This document shows positions 16,907 through 25,224 of a stretch of 28,996 nucleotides of DNA, in pieces. Source of the stretch: Rhodanobacteraceae bacterium (GTDB lineage: Bacteria; Pseudomonadota; Gammaproteobacteria; Xanthomonadales; Rhodanobacteraceae); contig JBDTAJ010000200.1 of the NCBI GenBank assembly GCA_039924705.1, positions 1-28,996 on the forward strand, read 5' to 3'. Under the pieces are notes generated by a model that saw only the letters and a program-made list of their open reading frames with translations, was not told where the DNA came from and made no database searches. Both the position numbers and the translations under genes were made by a program. How positions within the stretch are numbered: position 1 is the first letter of the stretch; each line of letters opens with the position of its first letter.

Positions 16907-16935
16907 TTGAAAGCCTTTCCAAGTACTCGTAAGCT
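16907..16935 (+). promoter_or_regulatory. Sigma70 promoter of the TA module with an overlapping palindrome
   Basis: TTGAAA(16907-12)-17-TAAGCT(16930-35), ATG 6 nt later. Palindrome CTTGAAAG-C-CTTT(C)CAAG at 16906-16923. Confidence 0.7.
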
Positions 16936-16941
16936 CGGCTC

Positions 16942-17175
16942 ATGCAACCGGAAGTCGAAAAGATCACCGAAGAGGCGCTTGCGTTGCCGGGCGAGGCCCG
17001 AGCGATGCTGGCCGACAAACTCGTCGAAAGCCTTGATCCCGCTGATGACGGCGCACTGCATCGCCTTTGGGTCGAAGAAGCACAGCGCCGCTTGCAGGAA
17101 GTCCGCTCCGGTCAGATCAAAACCGTTCCTGGCGCGAATGCTCTGGAACAAGTGCGCCGTTCCGTCGCGCGGTGA
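16942..17175 (+). CDS. Putative addiction-module antitoxin (TIGR02574-like)
   Basis: 77 aa. ALALP.EARA.LA..L.ESL...W..EA.RR..E..SG....VP pattern. TGA overlaps the toxin ATG. Confidence 0.88.
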   Translation: MQPEVEKITEEALALPGEARAMLADKLVESLDPADDGALHRLWVEEAQRRLQEVRSGQIKTVPGANALEQVRRSVAR

Positions 17176-17469
17176 TGCGCTTCGAGTTTCACCCCGGAAG
17201 CGATCGAAGAGTTCAAGTCGGCTGCACGCTACTACGCCGAACGGCAACCAGGATTGGAACTGCGCTTCATCGCCAGCATCGAATCCGCCATCCAGCGCAT
17301 CTGTGAATCACCCAACATCTGGCGCGTGTTCGATGGCGAAATCCGTCGATGCCTCGCGCACATTTTTCCATATGCGGTGCTTTATTCGGTCGAGTCGGAT
17401 TACGTGCTGATCGTTGCGGTCATGCATTGCAGCCGCGAACCGGGGTATTGGCGGGGTCGAAAAATATAA
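17175..17469 (+). pseudogene. ParE/RelE-family toxin with a +1 frameshift
   Basis: Removing one C from CCCC at 17192-17195 gives a 97-aa MRFEFHPEAIEEFKSAARYYAERQPGLELRF...RRCLAHIFPYAVLY...IVAVMHCSREPGYW. As sequenced, frame 0 stops after 43 aa. Confidence 0.88.
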
Positions 17470-17663
17470 GCGTGATTCGACCCCACTACCGTTAATCCGG
17501 ATTCAACGCTTTATTACGAAGACTGGCCGGTCTGACTACAGAGGGCTCGCGGAATTCGAGGCGAACGATCCAGAGCTCAATGCTGAGTTCCAATCCGAAT
17601 GGAAAGAGAAGTGCTGCTAGGCGCAAGCCTATCGCAGAGGGCAGTAGTTTTTAAACCGCTCTA

Positions 17664-20600
17664 TTACTCACCCGCAAACAACGCTTCCAGATCGGATTCG
17701 TCGAGCGACAATCGATCGCGGGTGCCACCGCCTTCCAGCACCGCTTGTGCGAGCTCGGCCTTGCGCGCCTTGAGCACCTCGATCCGTTCCTCGACGGTGT
17801 TGGTGCAGATCAGCCGATAGACGAACACCGGTTTGTCCTGGCCGATGCGATGCGCGCGGTCGGACGCCTGCGCTTCCGCCGCCGGATTCCACCATGGGTC
17901 GTAGTGGATCACGGTGTCGGCGGCGGTGAGGTTGAGTCCCACGCCGCCGGCTTTCAGCGACAACAGGAACAGCGGCACCTCGCCGTCCTGGAATTTGCGC
18001 ACGGGTTCCGCGCGGTCGCGGGTGTCGCCGGTCAGCGTGACGTATTTCAGATGGCGGCGATCCAGTTCACGCGCGATCAGCGCCAGCATTTCGGTAAATT
18101 GCGAGAACAGCAGCACGCGCCGACCTTCCGCGACCAGCTCGGGCACCATCTCCATCAACAGTTCGAGTTTCGCCGACTCGCGCACGCCGCGCGCGGATTC
18201 GAGTTTCACCAGGCGCGGATCGCAGCAGGCCTGGCGAAGTTTCAGCAGCGCGTCGAGCACGATGATGCCGCTGTGCTCGATGCCACGCTGGCGGATCACC
18301 TCGCGCAACTCCTCGGCCAGATTCACCCGCAGCGATTCGTAAAGTTCGCGCTGACGCCCGGACAATTCGATCCGCCGTGCGATTTCGGTTTTCTTCGGCA
18401 AGTCGGCGGCGACCTGCGCTTTCGTCCGGCGCAAAATAAATGGCGCCAGACGATGATTGAGCCGTGCCTGACACTCGGCATCGGCCTGGCGTTCGATCGG
18501 GATGCGGTAATGGCGGCGGAATGCGCCTTCGTCGCCGAGCAGGCCGGGCACGGCCAGATCCATCTGCGACCACAGTTCGCCCAGGTGATTTTCCAGCGGC
18601 GTGCCGGTCATGCACACGCGCCGCCCACTTGCGATGGAAAGCAACGCGCGTCGTGCCTGCGTGCGCGGATTTTTCACCTGCTGCGCTTCGTCCAGCACCA
18701 CCAACGCGAACGGCTGTTCGCGCAACACGGCCAGATCGCGCGGCAGCAGTGCGTAGCTCGTAAGAATCACGTCGTTGCCGGCGAGGCGATCGAAACTGCG
18801 CACGCGCTCGGGGCCGTGCAGCGTCAACACTTTCAGCGTCGGCGCGAAACGCGCGGCCTCGGCCTGCCAGTTCGGAATCAAACTGGTGGGCGCGACGATC
18901 AGCGCCGGTTGTGTCAATGCGCTGGATTGTTTCAACGCGAGCAGATGCGCCAGCAATTGCACGGTCTTGCCCAGACCCATGTCATCGGCGAGCACACCGC
19001 CCAATCCTGCGTCGGCGAGCGCATTCAACCAGCGCAGGCCTTCGCGCTGATACGGCCGCAACTCGCCCACGAGATCCGCCGGTACCGCGTCCGACGCGTG
19101 CGCGGCAGCTTCGCGCAGGCGCGTGGTGAAACCGGTCAGCTCTTTCGGCGCATCCAGCACACCGGCATCTTTCGGCAAGGCTTGCGCGAACTCCTCCAGC
19201 CGCCCGGCCTGCACGCGCGGCAGACGCAGTTTTTCGCGCGGGCGTTGCAGATATTCGGCGAGCGGCGCCAACAACGCGCGCAATGTGGCAAGGCGCACCG
19301 GCACGCGGCGGCGCTCATCGACCGGCGCGTACCACACCGCGTCGTCGGTTTCGTTGGGCGGCGGCGTCAACGACAACGTGTGTTCGGACAATGCGCGTCC
19401 GACCGCGGGCAACAGATTCACGCGCTGACCCTCGACCTCGATGCCGATCTCGAATTCGAACGCGTCGTCGCCGTGATCGGTGCTGGCCACGCCGTACCAG
19501 CGCGGCGGGCCTTCCAACACTTCGAACGGGAAGCTCGAGGCGTAGTCCACGCTGAAACCATCGCCCTCGAGTTTTTCGCGCAGGCCCAGCCAGCGTGCCG
19601 GCGTGTTGACCTCGAGCGCGCCGGCGTACCCCTTGCCGGGAAACAGCCACGCGTCTTCCGGCAACGTATCGGCCATGTCCCATGGCAGGCCTTCGCAATC
19701 AACCGCGGGCGCGAGACCGAAACCTTCCAGACGCTCCATCGTCGCCAATTCGTCCGCGCGTTTGCGCGCGATCTCGACCAGTTTGCCATCGCGCACTCGG
19801 CGCACCAGCGGTTCGCCACCGCGGCCTGGCAGCCGCTCGCCGCCGTAGTCGAACGCAAGCCGCGCATACGCGAGCGGCGGCGTGCCTGCGCCGATCCGCG
19901 CGTGGCGCGTCAATGCATGCAGAGTGAGCACCGGTTTCGGCGAGACTTCCGCGCGCTCGACCGCGGCGAACGCGCGCGGCGCCGGCACGCGCTTGGCCAA
20001 AGGTGACGCGATCAGCGCCTGTGCCAATGCCTCGCCGTATTCCGGCGACAGCGGCGGCGCATCCAACAGCATGACCTCGTTGTCGGAGCCTTCCAGAAAA
20101 GCCAGTTCCGCGCGTTCCGGATCGAGCGCCCATAGCCCGCCGATGCGCAACAGGCGCTGGTTGCGTGGCAGTTCCGGCAGCAGACGCTGGCGGCCATCGG
20201 CTTCCAGTTGCCAGTGCCAAGTCAACGTTCGCGGTTTGCCGCGCGACAACCGCAAGCCGGCGACCCCGCCAAGCAAGCAAGGCGCGGTATCGAGGATTTC
20301 GGTCAGCAGCGCATCGCCGAAACTGCCGGACAGATGCGCATAGCTGCGGCCTTTGCGCTGGGTCTGCGGCAAGCCGAGGACGCCGGCGGCCAGACGCAGC
20401 GCCGGTGCTGGCAATCCGGCGTGGGTCAGTTGTTTGGGATCGAGCGGCACCGCGCGGCCGAGTCGACCGTCGGCCACGGACTCCAGCAACACCGGCGCGA
20501 CCTCGACCCTGGAAACGGGCGGCTCATCGTGCGGCAATTCCATCAGGAACCCGAGGATCACGCCGGATGGCGCACGGCGTTTGCCAGGCTCGGATAACAG

Positions 20601-20696
20601 GCGGCGCCACGCGGCGGGCAACGACACGGCCGCGCCCTTGTCCGGGCGCGCGGCGGGTTCCGACGACAATCCGGGCGAGGCGTTGCGGCGTTGCAT
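17664..20696 (-). CDS. SNF2/SWI2-family (SF2) helicase-like ATPase (start uncertain, 20696 or 20735)
   Basis: LADDMGLGKT, LDEAQ, TGTPLENHL, VLLFSQF, LNLTAADTVIHYDPWWNP, QASDRAHRIGQ. Confidence 0.93.
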   Translation of the reverse strand: MQRRNASPGLSSEPAARPDKGAAVSLPAAWRRLLSEPGKRRAPSGVILGFLMELPHDEPPVSRVEVAPVLLESVADGRLGRAVPLDPKQLTHAGLPAPALRLAAGVLGLPQTQRKGRSYAHLSGSFGDALLTEILDTAPCLLGGVAGLRLSRGKPRTLTWHWQLEADGRQRLLPELPRNQRLLRIGGLWALDPERAELAFLEGSDNEVMLLDAPPLSPEYGEALAQALIASPLAKRVPAPRAFAAVERAEVSPKPVLTLHALTRHARIGAGTPPLAYARLAFDYGGERLPGRGGEPLVRRVRDGKLVEIARKRADELATMERLEGFGLAPAVDCEGLPWDMADTLPEDAWLFPGKGYAGALEVNTPARWLGLREKLEGDGFSVDYASSFPFEVLEGPPRWYGVASTDHGDDAFEFEIGIEVEGQRVNLLPAVGRALSEHTLSLTPPPNETDDAVWYAPVDERRRVPVRLATLRALLAPLAEYLQRPREKLRLPRVQAGRLEEFAQALPKDAGVLDAPKELTGFTTRLREAAAHASDAVPADLVGELRPYQREGLRWLNALADAGLGGVLADDMGLGKTVQLLAHLLALKQSSALTQPALIVAPTSLIPNWQAEAARFAPTLKVLTLHGPERVRSFDRLAGNDVILTSYALLPRDLAVLREQPFALVVLDEAQQVKNPRTQARRALLSIASGRRVCMTGTPLENHLGELWSQMDLAVPGLLGDEGAFRRHYRIPIERQADAECQARLNHRLAPFILRRTKAQVAADLPKKTEIARRIELSGRQRELYESLRVNLAEELREVIRQRGIEHSGIIVLDALLKLRQACCDPRLVKLESARGVRESAKLELLMEMVPELVAEGRRVLLFSQFTEMLALIARELDRRHLKYVTLTGDTRDRAEPVRKFQDGEVPLFLLSLKAGGVGLNLTAADTVIHYDPWWNPAAEAQASDRAHRIGQDKPVFVYRLICTNTVEERIEVLKARKAELAQAVLEGGGTRDRLSLDESDLEALFAGE

Positions 20697-20810
20697 CCTG
20701 GGGCCCAAGTTTCCGCAGATCAAAACGCCGAGCATACCCTCAATGCGCTATTCCCGCGCGTGGATACGGCAATCCATGACCGCACCCTTGCAAATGCGCA
20801 TTAGCCGCGA

Positions 20811-21833
20811 TCAAGTGCGAAATAAATGCTCCGGATATTCCGCCTTGCGCTCACGAGCCAGCAGTGCGCGCAAAGCATTGGTCGGCGTCATCTCGCCGCG
20901 CAGCACGGCCTGCACGTGTTGCGAGATCGGCAGGTCGAGCCCGTGGCGATCGGCGAGCCGCATCACTTCATCCGCGGTCACCGCGCCTTCGACGACTTGT
21001 CCGATATCTTGCAGCGCCTGTTGCAGCGGCACACCGCGGCCCAACGCGACGCCGAAGCGATGGTTGCGCGACAGTTCGCCGGTGCAGGTCAAGACCAGAT
21101 CGCCCAAACCAGCCAAGCCCATCAGCGTTTGCGCCTGTGCGCCGAGCGCTGCGCCCAGACGCAGCATCTCGTTCATGCCGCGGGTGATCAATCCGGCACG
21201 CGCGTTCAAACCCAATTGCATGCCATCGGCCACGCCGGTGGCAACCGCCAGCACGTTCTTCATCGCGCCGCCGAGCTCTGCGCCGAGCATGTCGTTGCCG
21301 GTGTAGGCGCGGAACGCGAACGAATGCAGCAGACCCGCGACTCGATGCGCAAAGGCATCGTCGGAAGAATGCACGGTGACCGCGGTCGGCAACCCGGCCG
21401 CAACTTCGCGCGCGAACGACGGCCCGGTCACCACGGCCGCGGGCGTACCCGGCAGGCGTTCACCGACCAGGTCGTGCAGAAACCGCCCGGTGCCCGGCTC
21501 GAAGCCCTTAGTCGCCCAAGCGAAACCAGCATTCTTCGGCAAATGCGGCGCGGCTTCCTCGAGCATCGCATGGAAGGCATGGCTGGGCACCGCGACCAGC
21601 GCAACGTCGACATCGCGCAGCGCCTCGCGCAAGTCGGGTTGGTATGTCAATTCCACCGGCAACTCCGCATCCGGCAGATAGCGCGCGTTGCGGTGCGCGG
21701 CGGCGATCGCCGCCAATGCTTGCGCGCCGCGTCCCCACAGGCGCGTGCGCGCACCGTTGCGCGTCAACAGCGCAGCAAGCGCCGTGCCCCACGAACCCGC
21801 GCCGAGGACGGCGACGGTCGCCCCTCGGTCCAT
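20811..21833 (-). CDS. gpsA: NAD(P)H-dependent glycerol-3-phosphate dehydrogenase
   Basis: [41 protein letters not shown]. Follows secB. Confidence 0.96.
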   Translation of the reverse strand: MDRGATVAVLGAGSWGTALAALLTRNGARTRLWGRGAQALAAIAAAHRNARYLPDAELPVELTYQPDLREALRDVDVALVAVPSHAFHAMLEEAAPHLPKNAGFAWATKGFEPGTGRFLHDLVGERLPGTPAAVVTGPSFAREVAAGLPTAVTVHSSDDAFAHRVAGLLHSFAFRAYTGNDMLGAELGGAMKNVLAVATGVADGMQLGLNARAGLITRGMNEMLRLGAALGAQAQTLMGLAGLGDLVLTCTGELSRNHRFGVALGRGVPLQQALQDIGQVVEGAVTADEVMRLADRHGLDLPISQHVQAVLRGEMTPTNALRALLARERKAEYPEHLFRT

Positions 21834-21839
21834 GATGGC

Positions 21840-22331
21840 TCAGGCGTTCAGCGCGGGCGTTTCACCGCCGCCGGCCGCGCGCTGTCGTTGTTCGGCGTAC
21901 AACGCGTCGAAATTGATCGGCTGTAACAGCAGCGGCGGGAAGCCGCCGTTCTGCACCAGATCGGAGACGATTTGCCGCGCATACGGGAACAACACGTTCG
22001 GGCAATAGCTGCCGAGGATCGCGTCGAGATCGGTTTGCGCGAAACCCATCGCCGAAAAAACACCGGCCTGCTGGACTTCGGCGAGATACGCGGTGCGCTC
22101 GTTGAGCGTGCAGGTGACGGTCAAGGTCAACACCACCTCGAAACCATTGTCGCCCGCCGGGCCGGCCTTGTGGCTCAGGTTCAACTGCACCTGCGGCTGG
22201 CCTTCCTCCTGGAAAACGCCCGGCGCGTTGGGCACCTCGAACGAGACGTCGCGCACATAGATTTTCTGCAGGGCCAATTGCGGCTGCGGCGCGGCCTGGC
22301 CGTTGCCGGGGGCCGGTGTCTGTTCTGCCAT
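21840..22331 (-). CDS. secB: Protein-export chaperone SecB
   Basis: [59 protein letters not shown]. Confidence 0.97.
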   Translation of the reverse strand: MAEQTPAPGNGQAAPQPQLALQKIYVRDVSFEVPNAPGVFQEEGQPQVQLNLSHKAGPAGDNGFEVVLTLTVTCTLNERTAYLAEVQQAGVFSAMGFAQTDLDAILGSYCPNVLFPYARQIVSDLVQNGGFPPLLLQPINFDALYAEQRQRAAGGGETPALNA

Positions 22332-22407
22332 GATCGGTGGACTCCGATGGTTGTCCGGTACAAAGAAGGCGGATTGTCCCACAGCCGCGCACGGCCTGCA
22401 CGCGGCG

Positions 22408-22437
22408 TTGCTCCGGTCGTGTACGGCCTGCTATGCT
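22408..22437 (+). promoter_or_regulatory. Putative sigma70 promoter of rpmB-rpmG with an extended -10
   Basis: TTGCTC(22408-13)-18-TATGCT(22432-37), preceded by TG at 22429-30. Confidence 0.45.
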
Positions 22438-22579
22438 TTGCGGCTTGATTCTGGGCCGGCCCGGGCTTTCCGGGCGTCCTCCGCGACGCGATGCGGAGGC
22501 TAAGGGCCCTTCCGGCATCGCGTGGATGCATCGCCGGGCCGATCTCCCGCGGGCCATGCGGGATCAAGAGGAAAACGTC

Positions 22580-22816
22580 ATGGCGCGAGTATGCCAGGTC
22601 ACCGGAAAAGGAACGCGTAGCGGCAACAATGTGTCGCACGCCAACAACAAGACCAAGCGGCGCTGGCTGCCGAACCTGCACGAACGCCGGTTCTGGGTCG
22701 CGGGCGAAAAGCGCTGGGTGAAGCTGCGCGTGTCGAGCCATGCGCTACGCACCATCGACAAGAACGGCATCGAATCCGTGCTCGCCGAACTGCGCGCGCG
22801 CGGCGAGAAGATTTGA
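22580..22816 (+). CDS. rpmB: 50S ribosomal protein L28
   Basis: [10 protein letters not shown]...[19 protein letters not shown]...[17 protein letters not shown]. Confidence 0.98.
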   Translation: MARVCQVTGKGTRSGNNVSHANNKTKRRWLPNLHERRFWVAGEKRWVKLRVSSHALRTIDKNGIESVLAELRARGEKI

Positions 22817-22826
22817 GGAGAACCAC

Positions 22827-22991
22827 ATGGCATCCAAACGCGACAAGATCCGCCTGACTTCCTCGGCCGGCACTGGTCACTTCTATACGACCGACAAGAA
22901 CAAGAAGAACACGCCGGACAAGATGGAGGTCAAGAAATACGACCCCGTCGTCCGTAAACACGTGATCTACAAGGAAGGCAAGATTAAATGA
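22827..22991 (+). CDS. rpmG: 50S ribosomal protein L33 (no Zn ribbon)
   Basis: [26 protein letters not shown]...[27 protein letters not shown]. Confidence 0.98.
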   Translation: MASKRDKIRLTSSAGTGHFYTTDKNKKNTPDKMEVKKYDPVVRKHVIYKEGKIK

Positions 22992-22992
22992 T

Positions 22993-23020
22993 AAAAAACC
23001 CGCCGATCGGCGGGTTTTTT
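22993..23020. terminator. Bidirectional intrinsic terminator between rpmG and the desaturase
   Basis: Perfect 28-bp palindrome AAAAAACCCGCCGATCGGCGGGTTTTTT. Confidence 0.93.
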
Positions 23021-23043
23021 ATTGGGATCGAAAAATCGATTGA

Positions 23044-24234
23044 TCATGCCCGCGCGACAGCGTAACCCTTGAGCTTGATCGCGAACTCGGCGAGTTTGCG
23101 GTTGCCGCTGGCTTCGGCCTCGGCGATCCACTGCTGCAAGCCGGCCAAGGCGGAATCCGGTCCACGCTGTTCGATCAACGCCGCCAGTCGCGCGCGGTAT
23201 TCCACTACGGTGCGCAGGGTCGGTCGTTTCTCGATCAATGCCGTCAAACGCGCGTGACCTTCGGTATTCAACCAGCGGCCGCCGTCAGCCAACGCGCGGC
23301 GCATGCGTCGCGGCACTGATTGGGCGTCTTGCGTGACAGCAGCTTCCTCGCGCAGGGTCGGTTTGATCACCAACTTGTAGTAATCGGTCATCGCCTGGAA
23401 GCGATGCGTCAGGATCGCTTTCAGCGTTTCCGCGTCGGGCAGGTTGACGTTGGGCCGCACGTCCAGCGACGGTGCCACGCGCAGCACTTTCGCAAGCCCC
23501 AGCCTCTGGCAGACGCGGATCACCGCCCAGCCGATATCGAACTCGAATTTGCGCAGCGCGAACTTGGCCGAACTCGGGAATGCGTGATGGTTGTTGTGCA
23601 GCTCCTCGCCGCCGACCCAGAAACCCCACGGGGTCAGGTTGGTCGCGGTGTCGGTGGTTTCGAAATTGCGATAGCCCCACCAGTGGCCGATGCCGTTGAC
23701 CACACCGGCTGCCCAGATCGGAATCCACAGCGCCTGCACCGCCCAGATCGCCATGCCGCCCACGCCGAACAGCGTGACGCAGATCAGCGCCATCAGGGTC
23801 GGGCCCAGTGACGAGTGTGTGGCGTAAACATTGCGCTCCATCCAGTCATCGGGCGTGCCGCGCCCATACTTCTCCATATCCGCTGCGTTGGCCGTGGCCG
23901 AGCGATACAGTTCCACGCCTTCGAAGAACACCTTCCTGATGCCGACAATCTGCGGACTGTGCGGATCTTCCTCGGTCTCGCAATGCGCGTGGTGCTTGCG
24001 GTGCACCGCCACCCATTCCTTGGTGATCATGCCGGTGGTAAGCCAGCTCCAGAAACGGAAAAAGTGCGCGAGCGCGGGATGGAAATCCACGCCGCGATGC
24101 GCCTGGCTGCGGTGCAGATACAGCGTCACCGAAAAAATGGTGAGCTGGGTCGAGATCAGCAGGAACAGGGCGATGACAAGCCCGCTGGCGTGCGCCAATC
24201 CATGTGCGCCGAAATTGAGCAGGGTGTCGATCAT
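23044..24234 (-). CDS. desA: Delta-9 fatty acid (acyl-lipid/acyl-CoA) desaturase, DesA-type
   Basis: His boxes HRSQAH, HRKHH, HNNHH. Start placed at MIDTLL. Confidence 0.9.
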   Translation of the reverse strand: MIDTLLNFGAHGLAHASGLVIALFLLISTQLTIFSVTLYLHRSQAHRGVDFHPALAHFFRFWSWLTTGMITKEWVAVHRKHHAHCETEEDPHSPQIVGIRKVFFEGVELYRSATANAADMEKYGRGTPDDWMERNVYATHSSLGPTLMALICVTLFGVGGMAIWAVQALWIPIWAAGVVNGIGHWWGYRNFETTDTATNLTPWGFWVGGEELHNNHHAFPSSAKFALRKFEFDIGWAVIRVCQRLGLAKVLRVAPSLDVRPNVNLPDAETLKAILTHRFQAMTDYYKLVIKPTLREEAAVTQDAQSVPRRMRRALADGGRWLNTEGHARLTALIEKRPTLRTVVEYRARLAALIEQRGPDSALAGLQQWIAEAEASGNRKLAEFAIKLKGYAVARA

Positions 24235-24465
24235 AAGTTTTTCGAGGAGTGCGGACAGGATGTCCGCCTTTTGATTCTCGCGACAGGGACGATCGCAGTA
24301 AAACAATAAGGGTACAACGTGCAGCAGTTTATACGAACGCCCGTTAGGGGCAGATACAAAATCCGTGCAGCTATCGTGCCACGCTGCCAGTTTAGGGCAA
24401 CGCCATCGCGCTGTCAGCCTGTCGCGGGATCAAAGATGCGGCCGCAATAATACGTTGCAATGCCT

Positions 24466-24471
24466 TAAGCT
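24466..24471 (+). promoter_or_regulatory. -10 hexamer TAAGCT 6 nt before the ABC ATPase ATG (leaderless-type)
   Basis: TAAGCT-tcacgc-ATG(24478). Confidence 0.55.
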
Positions 24472-24477
24472 TCACGC

Positions 24478-25224
24478 ATGAACTTGCCTTCAGCCTCGCC
24501 CCTGCTGCAACTGGATCGTGTCAGCCGGCGGCTCGCCGGGCGCGAAATCGTCCGCGAGGTTTCGTTCAGCCTGAATCGGGGCGACGTGCTGGGGCTTCTG
24601 GGCGTCAATGGCGCCGGTAAATCGACCACGCTGGCGATGATTGCGGGTGTCCTGGCGCCTATTTCGGGCGTCGTGCGCGTCGAAGGTTGCGATCTGCACG
24701 AAACGCCGGAGCTCGCCCGTACCCGTATCGGTTATTTGCCCGAAAACGTCCCTTTATGGCCGGAATTAACGGTTTGCGAATACCTCGACGCCTGCGGCCG
24801 TTTACGCGGCATGGCCCGCGCCGCGCGCAAGGCGGCGATCGAACGCGAACTGTTGCGGCTCGATCTCGCGTCGATGGCGCATCGTCTGAGCGGGCAATTG
24901 TCGCTCGGCCAGAAGCGACGGGTCGGATTGGCGCAGGCGCTGCTGCACGACCCTGACCTCTTGGTGCTGGACGAACCCGGCAATGGACTCGACCCGGTGC
25001 AAACCGCGCAACTGCGCGAATTGATCCGCGGTTTGTCCGATCAGCGCGCCACGATCATCTCGACCCACGTGCTGGGCGAGGTGGAAGCGATGTGCGATCG
25101 CGTGGTGATCCTGCACGAAGGACAGGTGCGTCACGACGCGCCGATCGCGACCGATCGCGGCGCGCTGGACCGATTGTTCCTGGCGATCGCGCGCGAATAT
25201 ATGGTGGAGTCCGCCGCGATATGA
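24478..25224 (+). CDS. ABC transporter ATP-binding protein, GldA-like
   Basis: Walker A GVNGAGKST, signature LSLGQKRR, Walker B LLVLDEP, H-loop STH. Confidence 0.9.
   Translation: MNLPSASPLLQLDRVSRRLAGREIVREVSFSLNRGDVLGLLGVNGAGKSTTLAMIAGVLAPISGVVRVEGCDLHETPELARTRIGYLPENVPLWPELTVCEYLDACGRLRGMARAARKAAIERELLRLDLASMAHRLSGQLSLGQKRRVGLAQALLHDPDLLVLDEPGNGLDPVQTAQLRELIRGLSDQRATIISTHVLGEVEAMCDRVVILHEGQVRHDAPIATDRGALDRLFLAIAREYMVESAAI

Noticed and set aside
17745-20006. 753-aa plus-strand ORF
   Set aside because: It lies exactly antisense to the SNF2 gene and has no motifs. It is a typical high-GC shadow ORF, like most other overlapping ORFs in the track (e.g. 4744-6138, 6929-7993, 10649-11923, 14763-15659, 20826-21926).
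23044-23450. Desaturase C-terminal helical domain, sometimes auto-labelled as a transposase
   Set aside because: It is in frame with an intact DesA, with no DDE context or terminal repeats. This is a normal part of this desaturase type.
24305-24330. Possible FabR/DesT operator upstream of desA (GGGTACAACGTGCAGC)
   Set aside because: It is not palindromic enough and only loosely resembles the known operators.
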